Shown here: positions 11,534 through 22,667 of the stretch, one piece after another
Layout of the letters: the number at the start of each line of letters is the position of its first letter
How positions within the stretch are numbered: the stretch's first letter is position 1
Assembly: GCA_002104905.1 (NCBI GenBank)
Contig: MCFE01000045.1
Coordinates: 1 to 64,000, forward strand
Direction of reading: 5' to 3'
Source of the DNA: Basidiobolus meristosporus CBS 931.73
Lineage: Eukaryota > Fungi > Basidiobolomycota
DNA length: 64,000 nucleotides
Notes under the pieces: model-generated
Database searches by the model: none
What the model was told of the DNA's origin: nothing
What the model saw: the letters and a program-made list of their open reading frames with translations, nothing else
Translations under genes and position numbers: made by a program

Positions 11534-12547
11534 ATGAAGGTGATTCAGCAAATAAGCGCTGGGACAAACTCCGACCTAGAAGAAGCGAATGCTCCCAAGC
11601 CAGTTCCAACTGGTGCCGATATCTTGATTCGCAACCTGGCCGTCTCGGTAAATCCTGTTGACAACTTGGCCCGTTCTGGAGAGCTCAATCATCAATTCCC
11701 CTTGGTACTCGGGTGGGATGGAGCTGGCATTGTAGAAGCAGTTGGTGACAAGGTGCAACAGTATAAAGTTGGGGATGAGGTTATGTACGCTGGTTCTATT
11801 GCTCGTCCAGGTTCCAATTCGGAGTATACATTAGTTGATGAAAGAATTGTTGGTAGAAAGCCAAAAACACTTTCGTTTACCGAAGCTGCAGGGCTTCCTT
11901 TGACAGCCATCACCGCCTGGGAAGCACTCGTTGAGCAGCTTTTGATTCCTATCCCTACTGATACTGGAGTCAAAACCCCCAAATCTCTCCTGATTATCAA
12001 TGGAGCAGGTGGGGTTGGTTCGATTGCCACGCAGATAGCATCCAAGGTTTTGAAACTGAAGAACATCATCGCCACCGCGTCACGTCCAGAAACCGCGGAA
12101 TGGTGTGAAAAGATGGGGGCCACACACGTCATAAATCACCGTGAGGATCTCAAACCTCAGCTTGACTCGCTTGGGTTAACGGTGGATTACATGTTCATCT
12201 GCCATTCATCCCAAAAATACCTACCCATGGCCCAAAACATCGTCAGCCCCTTTGGACGGATTGTAAGTATTGTGAAGGATTTGGAGACCCTACCATTCAA
12301 CAACATGATCAGATCTTTGTCGTTTTCCTGGGAAAACATGTTCACCAAAAGCGTCCTCAACCACAATATGTCTTCGCAATCAGCAATATTGAATCAAGTG
12401 GCTGACTTGATAGATGCTGGGGTTATGATACCCACTGTCACCGAAACGACTGAATTCTCGTTGGACGAACTTCGGACAGCTCTGAAGAGAATCGAGGCCG
12501 GCTCTGTGATAGGAAAGATCACCTTGGACATGAAGAGCTGGCCGTAA
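11534..12547 (+). CDS. MDR-superfamily zinc-type alcohol dehydrogenase-like / quinone oxidoreductase; intronless
   Basis: 337 aa; AVSVNPVD, LGWDGAGIV, AAGLPLTAITAWEAL, LLIINGAGGVGSIATQ, SFSWENMF. Confidence 0.93.
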   Translation: MKVIQQISAGTNSDLEEANAPKPVPTGADILIRNLAVSVNPVDNLARSGELNHQFPLVLGWDGAGIVEAVGDKVQQYKVGDEVMYAGSIARPGSNSEYTLVDERIVGRKPKTLSFTEAAGLPLTAITAWEALVEQLLIPIPTDTGVKTPKSLLIINGAGGVGSIATQIASKVLKLKNIIATASRPETAEWCEKMGATHVINHREDLKPQLDSLGLTVDYMFICHSSQKYLPMAQNIVSPFGRIVSIVKDLETLPFNNMIRSLSFSWENMFTKSVLNHNMSSQSAILNQVADLIDAGVMIPTVTETTEFSLDELRTALKRIEAGSVIGKITLDMKSWP

Positions 12548-12594
12548 TTCAATCCCTGTTTGTCTGTGTTAGGAAAGATCACCTTGGACATGAA
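12503..12594 (+). repeat. 32-bp direct repeat (period 60) duplicating the last codons of the MDR gene
   Basis: tctgtgataggaaagatcaccttggacatgaa at 12503 and tctgtgttaggaaagatcaccttggacatgaa at 12563. Confidence 0.9.
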
Positions 12595-13744
12595 CTCGAC
12601 ATATGTGTAAATCCAATGTAAATAAAGTAATATTTACACGTACGAAACACTGGAAACTCTCTAGGTTTGGTGTGAGTTATACACAACTGTAGAGATCTGA
12701 TCATTAGAGACCAAAACAAGCAGTCGTTGCATAGTTGAGAATTGTAACTGTATTCACATGAACTTGGTCACTTGGAGGGAGACAGCTACCAACAGGTGAT
12801 ATCACTATTTCAATTGAACCAAAGAAGCCACAACCACTACTGTAGTTTCCTAAATAAAATATTAAGGCTAAAGCAAGGATAATCCATCAGTGCTCAGTAC
12901 ACTGTTGAGGGGCTAGGAGGAAGAAGTGGCAAGAATGAGATAGCAATTGAGTTTGTAGCTTGTGGGTCACGTGGAGAAAGTGTTGCTGAAGCCTATAGCA
13001 CTGAGGGCAACTCGTATCCACCTTTTGGCGTGGTGTATATTCTGTTGTATGGTGTTCCTTTTGAGAAGATTACCTTAGATAGAGCCCTTGAATGTATGCT
13101 TTAAGCTGAATCCAGTCACGTACCACACTACTGGCCAATACAATTACATTCGAAACGTGAAGCATCACTGTATGATTGTCGCAGCCAATTGACACCCATC
13201 CCTATCTCGATCATCAGCAGACTTCAACTTATTGCGGTACCTTCCTCACCGCCAATTATCAAAGGTATTGGCCATAAAGCGAAATGCTTTGATTTGGTCT
13301 AGATCGTCGATTCAACTGACAACCACACAGGTTTATATATTCAGATAATGGCCATCACGTAGGGTAAGGCACCTTAACATGCACTCCTAAAGTTCGGTAA
13401 GATAAGTGAAATATATCATGAATATCTTGGCCCGAAGCCACCAAATTGCTAGAAATACTGTTGTTTGAAATCGGTGCTGCTAGCTGGATCATTGCCTTTT
13501 TGGTAGTATATCTTTGCGGTACTAATTTTAGTAATAAGCCCATCTCCTTATATCGTTAATCAGTGACTGTACTCCGTTATAAACACCAATCATTAGGGAA
13601 TCGCGAAATATTCTATCAATGCTTACCAAACTATGTATTACTAATCAGTACCAGGTTCTATTTCATTCCAAGGATGTGTGATGAGTTTATATATGAACCG
13701 TACTTGCTTCAATGACTCATTACACAAAGTTTCTTTCATTCACA

Positions 13745-14797
13745 ATGCTCAGCTCTACAGATACTCAGTTTGACTGCTATGCCTGCCACGGCAAGGACGA
13801 AGCGTTGAAACCATGGGCTTACAAACCACGTCCCCTTGGTGAGGACGATGTTGAAATAGCCATTTCTCACTGCGGAATATGTGGTTCCGACATCCACACA
13901 CTTGATTCAGGATGGGGAGCAACTAAGTACCCAGTGGTTGTAGGCCATGAAATCGTTGGAAAAATTGTTGACAAGGGCCCTAGAGTTTCAGGTCTAGAGA
14001 TTGGCGACAGAGTAGGTGTAGGACCACAAGTGTTTGCTTGCTTGAAGTCGGATTGTAAGGCTTGCAGTTCCGGAAATGACGCTACGTGCCCAAATAAGGT
14101 TGGAGCTTACAACAGCAAGTACGCCGATGGTTCCAAATCCTATGGAGGGTATTCAAAGGGAATCAGAGTTCTTTCACACTACGCCTTCAAAATTCCCGAA
14201 GTTATTGACTCTGCCGAGGCTGCCCCTATTCTATGCGCAGGTGTTACCGTCTTCACCCCGATGAGGAGATATGGCGTAAAGGCCGGAGATCGCGTTGGCG
14301 TAGTTGGAATTGGCGGGCTTGGACATTTGGCTCTACAATACGCCAAAGCCTTGGGTGCTGAAGTAACTGCCATTTCCACTTCCACAAACAAAAAATCTGA
14401 AGCTCAACAATTAGGCGCGTCCCATTTCGTCAATTTGAGAGATGAAGAAGACATGAAGAAGGCATCTCGCTCTCTAGATTATTTGTTTATCACATCCAAT
14501 GCCTCTGATGCTCCATACGACCAATACGCCAGCTTACTGGATACATTTGGTAAAATGGTTTTGCTCGCTGCACCTGAAGACATCATCAAGATTCGTCCTT
14601 TCAGTTTGATTCCCAGGAATATCACACTCGTAGGTAGCATCATTGGCTCTATTGAGGATCAAAAGGCAACCTTGGAGTTCTCTGCCAAACATAACATCCG
14701 CCCTATGATCGAGAAGCTCCCTATGAGTAAAGTCAACGAGGGCCTAAAGCATGTCCGTGACGGCAAAGTTCGTTACAGAGTTGTGCTTGAAAATTAG
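13745..14797 (+). CDS. NADP-dependent (cinnamyl-type) alcohol dehydrogenase, ADH6/AdhC-like; intronless
   Basis: CGICGSD, GHEIVG, structural-zinc cysteines, ILCAGVTVFTP, GIGGLGH, VRYRVVL. Likely start MLSSTDTQ at 13745; an in-frame ATG also exists at 13712. Confidence 0.95.
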   Translation: MLSSTDTQFDCYACHGKDEALKPWAYKPRPLGEDDVEIAISHCGICGSDIHTLDSGWGATKYPVVVGHEIVGKIVDKGPRVSGLEIGDRVGVGPQVFACLKSDCKACSSGNDATCPNKVGAYNSKYADGSKSYGGYSKGIRVLSHYAFKIPEVIDSAEAAPILCAGVTVFTPMRRYGVKAGDRVGVVGIGGLGHLALQYAKALGAEVTAISTSTNKKSEAQQLGASHFVNLRDEEDMKKASRSLDYLFITSNASDAPYDQYASLLDTFGKMVLLAAPEDIIKIRPFSLIPRNITLVGSIIGSIEDQKATLEFSAKHNIRPMIEKLPMSKVNEGLKHVRDGKVRYRVVLEN

Positions 14798-14964
14798 ACT
14801 GTACAGACAAAATAAATGGATTCAGAGCAAGTTTCAGACCAATCTAAAATTATGCATGTAAACCCCATATGATACACATTCTCTCCATCTGGATAGTTGA
14901 GGCTATTTGGAGCGTGTTTTTTATTTGGCAAAAATCAATCTTCTATTTACAATGGAGAATATGT

Positions 14965-16130
14965 TCAAAATCGAACTTTGACAAGTCTGGGACTAGTGCT
15001 GTGATACTCTTGCCTTAGCTCCGCCGGACTATACCAGGGTATTTTCACATCTTCCAAAGGCTTCGATATATCCACATGCACAGAATCGCGTTTGGGGACT
15101 TCTCTCAGGGTTTCTAACTGGTAGGTATTGTTATTTCCTACCTTTAGAATCCGGCACGGCCCTTCCCAGCTTGGTTTCAGCCCAAACCGTAACTCGTGCC
15201 TCACAGGAACTAGGCCCCCACTAGAAATTCAATAGGGTTCACTTTGGCATCGCACTTCTGCTCCTCTTTTGCCGCCGCTGCTTTTGCCCGTTTCTTACCA
15301 GTAGCACAGGCTTGTCCCAGGTCAGCCAGATGTCTTACGGCTAGGTCGGCAATTGTTCTAGGATCTCTCTGGCTCGTTATAAATGGCCTGGTGGTATCTC
15401 CGGGGATTACAGGATCACGATCGTATACTAAAAAAAGGGGGGTTATTTTGCAATAGACTGAGTTCTTATGCAAACAGTGCTTACTTCACAAAATTGTCTC
15501 ATCGATACTTCCGTATCATCCTCCTCAGGACGCCATCGAGCCCCTCACATATGCCATCGGTTCGTGGATGGAAAGCGGATGTTAGCAGATGATTAACATC
15601 GGTTCTCTGCAAATAATACATAATCACTTCGGCCATAAAGCTTTTCCTCTGTCTGTCAATATCTCTTGTGGGCACCCAAAGCTTACGACGATTTCCTTGT
15701 AGATGAAATTGGCTACTGCCATGGCTGTTGCGTGTGGCACCGCTCTGGCTATTGATCAGTTGGTGTGATAATCCACAGCCACTAATATCCATCTATTACC
15801 TTGTGTTGCAGGCACCAACTCCCTGTTGTCGCATTATTTAAGGCTCGGTAATCAATGCACATTCGCATTGCTCCGTCCTTCTTCTTAATGATTAATACTG
15901 GCATACCCCAGGGGGAATTACTTAGACGTACCAACGGCTTCTGTAAGAGTTCTTTTAGCTGACATTTTAATTCTTGCATTTCCAGAGCTCATTCTGTACG
16001 GTGGATGACTAATAGGCTGAGCCTCCCCTGTCTCTATAGCATATGTAACCTCACGTTCCGGTCTTTGTGCTGATTAAAGGGTCTGTGACTTTGTGGTTCA
16101 GAGGACTTGGACTATTTTTCATCCTAAGAT
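14965..16130 (-). mobile_element. Internally deleted, degenerate Ty3/Gypsy LTR-retrotransposon pol
   Basis: RT N-terminus ([29 protein letters not shown]), integrase core ([27 protein letters not shown]) and C-terminal LKPSWEGPCRILKV; several frameshifts and stops. Confidence 0.9.
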
Positions 16131-16317
16131 TATTATTACGTTCTGTAGGTGGCCTTAAAACTTCTTGTTCCTGATTGACTAGGTATCACTACGAGAGACT
16201 CGAAACTCCATAATTGGAATAATTGGAATCACAGACTAAAGTCAAAATGCATCCTTGGGGCTAAGATACTCCGTTCTGAGGGGTTTTCAATGGAGACACG
16301 TACAATGCCGATGAGGA

Positions 16318-17207
16318 TCATTGGAATTTACCAAAAGCGACTGCAGTTCGATTCAAAGTATCGAGGCTGACCCAATCAGGATATCTGTTCTTTAAGAGGC
16401 CGTAAATTGTTTGGGATGAGTAGCCTTTTCCGTAGATATGACGTTCAAAATGTTCGATATATTCTATAGTTGCTTGAGTATCGGACACCTTAGGTTTCTC
16501 AGCACTGGGAACATGCCCAGCGATCACTTTCTTTGGCTTGAGGCTGGATAGGTCTAAAGATATATTTAAAACCAGATGTCTATCTACGATTAGGAAAATA
16601 TACTCACGGCGCAGGCTACGCACCCATCCCATTCTGTGATTTGACCCCAAGGCTGAAGCTAACCACACATGCATCCTACTTGAGAACATCATGTCACCTG
16701 CTATCAGCGCCTTTTGGAAAGGAATCTAATAAGCCGTCACATCTTCCGAATCCCATCAAGTGGCTGTAGTAGCTTGATTGGCTCGTTCTTGTTTCCTCTG
16801 AGAAAAATTGACTTGCCTTTGAATGATTTAGGCAATTTTGGCACCTGCGGAATCTCTACTGATCCGTAAGCCATAGTCCATTGACTCACTAAAATGAAAT
16901 AAACTCTGTAAAACGAAGGAATCGTCGGGCGAACCTTTTTCTTCCTCCTGTTTCCTTATTCTCTTAACTATAATTGGCGAAGCATAGAAACCAGCTTTAG
17001 GGAAGGCTTTGAGGATTTCAGTAGAGAAACAGAGTTGATAAACCCAGCATCAAGGATGAATACTTCCTTCTGGCCGATAATGGCGGTTAAAGCAGTTGAC
17101 AACGTAGAATCGGATGAGCTATGGTAGAGCACCTTAAGCTTCGAACTCCCCAAAACAGGCAAGAATAAAGTGGCCAAGGTAATTGCTTTCGTATGGAGCG
17201 ACCTCAT
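16318..17207 (-). pseudogene. Secreted metallo-beta-lactamase-fold hydrolase pseudogene A
   Basis: Signal-like MRSLHTKAITLATLFLPVLG, EVFILDAGF, TEILKAFPKAGFYASP, LIAGDMMF, KPKKVIAGH, YGLLKNRYP. The HxHxDH segment is deleted, there is an in-frame stop (TAY*IP), and intron-like gaps are present. Confidence 0.75.
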
Positions 17208-17776
17208 GGTATGGCGATGTTATTTTGCCTGAAGTACTGGCCCACCTCCCCTTATATCCATTCAAATTCGTAGTATAACAGAGAATTAGTCATCGACGAA
17301 GGAAAACATCATCAGTTAGTATTCTAAAGCTTCTATACCAAGCCATGTACATTGAAAATTAAAATGCTTATTGGCTTAAGTTTGGTAAAAAAGATAGCCA
17401 TAAGGTAGGGTACTGTTTGCTATATATAGAACGGGTTCCAACTTAATCGAAGCAACTAGTAGTATTCATATGACCGATCTCGGAAATTTCTTGATTTGGT
17501 CAGCGATATGAGATTATTCCTCAGCGCGTACCTTATGGTTAATGGGGGAAATTTCTACTTGAGCATTCATTTTACAATTAGCTATTACGAATTTCCGGGG
17601 ATGGTTTGATCGAGATTAGATAACTTTATGTACTTCGGTTGTTAATTGTGAAGTCAATAAATTCTTTGAAGAGTGAAGGGTATGTACCAATTTTTATAGT
17701 AGTTTGGATTGAAAAATGATTCAAAAGGAGTTTTATTGGCCTATTTGGAAATACTGAAGTGGCATGATATACAGTT

Positions 17777-18389
17777 TCATTGGCCACGACCGTACGCTGT
17801 TGCTGTGAGGTTCAAGGTTTCAAGAGCAATACGGTTGGGAAATCTTTTCTTCATTAACTCATAGATTTTTCGGGCTGTATACACTTTGCCGTAAATGTGG
17901 CGATCATGTATGTATTCGACATACCCCTTGGATCTCACCAGGCGCATATGCACCAGTCCATTGCTTTACTACAATAGGGTTTGTCCATGTCAGTATGCTC
18001 CTTGGCAAATGATGGATAGGGGGTACCTTTTTCATCTACATACTGCTTGATTTTTTTCACAACAATTGGCGATGCATAAAAGCCGGCTCTAGGGTAAGCC
18101 TTGAGAATCTCGGTGGCACCAAAGTAATGATTAGGATGCTCGTGAGTAGCAAATATTTTGGTAGCTGGAAGCTTAGTGGTACTCTTGATAGGAAAGAGCA
18201 ACTCTTGTGCGGCTGATCTGGTGAATCCAGCATCAAGAATGAAGACCTCCCTCTTTGCAATGACGGCGGAAGAAACATCAACATAGAGACATCCGAGGAG
18301 CTGTAGTGAATCACCTTAAGCTTTGGACTGCCAAAAACGAATAAGAAAAGAGCTGAGAGAGTGAGTTATTGAACAATTCGATACTTCAT
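17777..18389 (-). pseudogene. Secreted metallo-beta-lactamase-fold hydrolase pseudogene B
   Basis: EVFILDAGFTRS, THEHPNHYFGATEILKAYP and C-terminal IYELMKKRFPNRIALETLNLTA. It has an early stop, a 1-nt frameshift near 18275 and a large internal deletion. Confidence 0.75.
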
Positions 18390-19504
18390 TGTGAATAATG
18401 GACTGAATGCCTGACTCTTCCGTGCTTTTGCTCTTTTTATCTATTCAAGCTCCTATTCAGATACGAAGAATTAGTCATCAGCTGTGCAAAGGACGGTTGT
18501 GAATATTGCAAATGAGGATAAACTTGATATGTTTGGTACATGTGTCCTGGATCAAGCCCCAGAAAAAGGGACGATGTTTGGATAGGGCGCTCGTATTAAT
18601 TCGGGAAGAGCAATCTCGGCCCACCTTGGGACATCAACGAAGTGTGCATGCAACCACATTGATTTAAGGCACAGTGGCTATATTTGGTTAGGGCGCTAGC
18701 TGGTCGGTTTCAACACTCTATCCAATGAAGAAATCATCCCAACCTTTCATAGGACATTTAATTGATTAATGCATGCATCCAATGTGCTCTTTCAATAAAA
18801 AATCAAAATGATGATTGAATCATTAAACCAACACCAAATTGGAATCTGCCAATTCCCACTCCACAACTTCTATCAATAATACTGCCATCAATCTGATAGC
18901 GTATATTATATTAAAAACGTAAAGTCTAATCATCTAAGCTTAAGCAGTAATAGTACTAAGATTCTACACCATTAGATAATGACCTTTGCTGGCACTATCC
19001 AAGTCCTTTATACTGACTGATGAAGTGGGTATGAACGGTGCAAACTTCAGACTCACCTTCTTGGCACCACAATCAGCCAAATTGGTATTCCGATTATCAG
19101 TGGCTATTATTCAGAATTCACTATGTATGGAGCAAACGATATACCAGACTTTACGGAGCAAGAAAGAGCCTACTGGAGTGGTTACCATTGGACTACTCAA
19201 TTTTCATTTTGAAAATTTGTTGATTCAAAAGATGCTGATTAGAATAGGATAGATAGTATTATTGGTTGCAGCTTTGGAAACAAGGTAATTGCCTTACGAC
19301 ATCCTCAAATCTGCACTTTGTTACCATTTCAGCTTGACTATCTGAGCAAGTGTCAAGATACATGACTTTAAAACAAGGCTTGGGTGGCTTATTACTTTTT
19401 AATTTATGGTCATGGTTTGTGGAATTTATCTACTACTTGTGGAGAGATATTGTTAAGCATTTGTTCGTGCATTTGAATCTTCTTTACTATCCTTAGCTGA
19501 GTAA

Positions 19505-20356
19505 TTACTTGGTTGCAACAGCAACCCAAGCAACCATTGGTAGGGAAACGGAACCGTCATCACCGTGTTGTGCAATTTTGGGATTTTTCAGGACTTCAAG
19601 CACAGCGGCATCCCACTTTTCAGTTTGCTCAGGGGACCAGGATTTAGTTAGATGAGAATAAAACGATTCCTTCAGTAATGATGCAAGATCATGAATGTCA
19701 CTTCCTCTGTAGCGTGCGGGTTTCTCATAAATCTCAACGTTGTCAAAGCCCGCAGTTTGTAATACCTCTGCAAGGGTTTCCTTTTCATGCCATTCTTTTT
19801 TTAGAGGCACCTCAAAAGGTTTTTCACCTGGACTGATGGCATTTTGAATTTCATGCAAGGCAGGAAGGTATCCGAGAGATTTCCATATGGATACTGTAGC
19901 ACTTCCACCCTTCTTGAGAGTACGATAAATCTCTTGTGCGCCTTTAAGCGGGTCTGGAAACATGAAGATCCCCATGTTGGTGAACGAATGAGTGAAGATG
20001 CTATCTTGAAAGACAAGCTTTTGTGCATCCATTACTCCCACTTCGACAACACTACTATACCCCCGATCATCGATACGGCCTCTCAATATGTCTGTCATAG
20101 GCTTTGACAAATCCACAGCATGGATTTTAGGATTATTGCTGTTATCGTTGAGAGCAGGTTGAGTTTTCAAAAGCTCAAGAGTGACTATTCCCGTCCCGCA
20201 AGCATTGTCGAGGATTTTGGAAGAGTTGGTTATAGGCTTGATGAGAGTTATTATGTCTGATGCTATATCTCGGGTACAGCCACCGGTTTTCCTGTCATAC
20301 TGTAGTGCTTGTGATTCATAATTCATAAAGGAAGGTAGGTTTGTGGAAGAGGCCAT
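19505..20356 (-). CDS. Class I SAM-dependent methyltransferase; intronless
   Basis: 283 aa; KILDNACGTGIV motif I, AVDLS, VMDAQKLVF, FTNMGIFMFPDP. Confidence 0.93.
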   Translation of the reverse strand: MASSTNLPSFMNYESQALQYDRKTGGCTRDIASDIITLIKPITNSSKILDNACGTGIVTLELLKTQPALNDNSNNPKIHAVDLSKPMTDILRGRIDDRGYSSVVEVGVMDAQKLVFQDSIFTHSFTNMGIFMFPDPLKGAQEIYRTLKKGGSATVSIWKSLGYLPALHEIQNAISPGEKPFEVPLKKEWHEKETLAEVLQTAGFDNVEIYEKPARYRGSDIHDLASLLKESFYSHLTKSWSPEQTEKWDAAVLEVLKNPKIAQHGDDGSVSLPMVAWVAVATK

Positions 20357-22667
20357 TGCTGAATTAGTAATCTATATCATTGACCCTGTCCTCGTTTTAT
20401 ACAATCCGCGATCTACGTCATGCCCACTTTGAGGGTACACACCCTCCAATTGCACTCGGAGTAATCATCGAGTGTATTGATTGGGTCGTACTCACTGGTA
20501 GGGTACACACCATCCAAAAGGGACAATCTTGAGAATGCTTCGTAAGCTCTCACTGAGCATACGGATTGATTGGGTTTGGAATGTAACTAAATGGTCACCA
20601 CTAACACCGCTGTAACCAAGGGCACAATATTATTCCATTCTTCCGAATCATTGATTTTACTTATTTTGTCGCCAGTAACCTGTCAGGGGTCTATATTACT
20701 GCGGTCAGTAACACAATTTGCTCTGGGGCATTTTCAGCTTGGCTTCGTGATTTGGCATTCATCCTAACTGATAAATTGGGTATACTGATTGGGTTAAATT
20801 GATGGGCTGAATCATAGCGTAAAGGGAGTAAGACTGCACTTGGATTGCTTATAGCCCATAAGGAATACCTATTCATTCGCTAATATACATACCTGAAGCA
20901 AATTGGGACAATGCATCGCAATACTATAGGACAATTGCAAACGATCAATGTGATCTTCTAGCTCTGGCCCTAATAAGCTCCAGTATCCCGAAAATGGACC
21001 AGCAAATTGTACAATAACCTGTCCAACACGCAAGAAGAGAAAACAGCTTAGTTTATTTGTCTGATAAGCTGTCCCGTCGGAAGAAGTCTATACATTACCT
21101 AATACAGTAGCGGTGGTTTGAAGCCCGAGAAACGAAACAATACCTGCCGACATTGTGTGCTACTGCGGAACCCAACCCATATCAATATTTCCCGAGTTTT
21201 AGTTTTAAATTAAAATTGATGTGTAACTTGGAGGTTTATCTGGGTACCTCATCAGTCATCATTCTGTATGGCAAAACCGTAACTTAACTCGAGTACCAAA
21301 ATCATTGGTAGTTTGGTGCGTACCTTGGCCGTTGGAGGGTAGTACCTCATCAGCTAAATTATTGGATCTTGGTCTGTTTCGATATTCTATCAGTCGTTGT
21401 GGTGCAATATCTGATGACCCTAAGCTGGATGATGATGAAGGTAATGCCAAATGGTATATCCGAAATCTCTATCTAGTACAGGGACTAGGGATCTCGATTT
21501 TTACCCACCAAACCTATCTGGTCAATTTGTTGCTCATAACGTTTTGCCTTGGAGTTGGGTTTAATATATAGAATTTCCCAACCTCTTTCACTTCCATATT
21601 TCTGTTTGGCACCTTGATGTGGCTGGTGGAAGTAGCACTTCGCATGACTAGTGACCTAAGTACCTCTTGGGCTACCAGCATGTAAGCAATCTAGTCAATA
21701 CCACATTAGTGATAGAGATATTTCCATTAGCCATTTACACTCAGGTGATTGTTCCAATAAATGCCGATTACCTTGGAATCAATTGGTACCATATATGGCA
21801 TGCTGCGGTGTTTCTAGCATCGAAACCTTTGGTTTAGTGTCTGAGCTTCACAATCAAGAAGAACTACTGATCGTTCATATATAACGTCAGTTTTGGCGAT
21901 TTATAAATCTCCTCACCATAATTCTTTCAACCTTACGATACATATAATACCAATGAACTTGACTGATAACGAATATTAAAGCCATTCAGAATAATCCCGC
22001 TTTCTTTGGAACGCCCATTAGACGCCACAATGATGGGATTCTGTCAATGAGAATTAATGCATAGTATCATGAATTTAAATGTTTGTATATCTATGTATAG
22101 AATTCAAATTAATCAAATCGAGAAAAAGATATTTATGACTCCTGACAATCCCATAATATACCTGATTCCGGATCTGGATTTAAAATAATGGGGATTCTCT
22201 CTGTTGAAAATCAATTCTCAGTAGGAAACTTTTACCTGTTATTTTATAAATAACATATAGTTTTCTTTATGATGCAAACGGGACTCATTACTTACTAATG
22301 ATTAAAAGAACCCAGGTACACTCGGATTGCAACCCGGGTTTGTATCGTCTGCTGACTTGAGAATCTCTCTTCAAATCTCTGGAAATTATTAATAGTCCCC
22401 TCAACTTCTTAAACTCTGCATTATAAGGTTTCATACGAGTTCTCAGTATGCAATAACATTCGAGATACTAGGAAATACTTGAGTTGGTAGACTTTGTAAA
22501 CTTGATGAACATCAATCTAATTATTCATGCGAAAAGTTCTTGATAGATCACAGATTTAAAGTGTCTATATGCGCATTTAATGAAATCAAACATCAATATT
22601 GTATTTGGGTTGCTTTGATAATTTTTACATAGATTAAATCTACTTTTCGCAATCAAATCCTTACGTT

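Noticed and set aside
12850-13130. Minus-strand RIYTTPKGGYELPSVL, similar to a LINE GGLGLP motif
   Set aside because: One short degenerate match; not enough to call an element.
14800-14951. TG...CA segment next to the Gypsy relic as a possible LTR
   Set aside because: No adjacent polypurine tract and no second copy; it is also the ADH 3' UTR.
18986-19252. Short overlapping ORFs downstream of the methyltransferase
   Set aside because: No motif, start context or splice pattern I can support.
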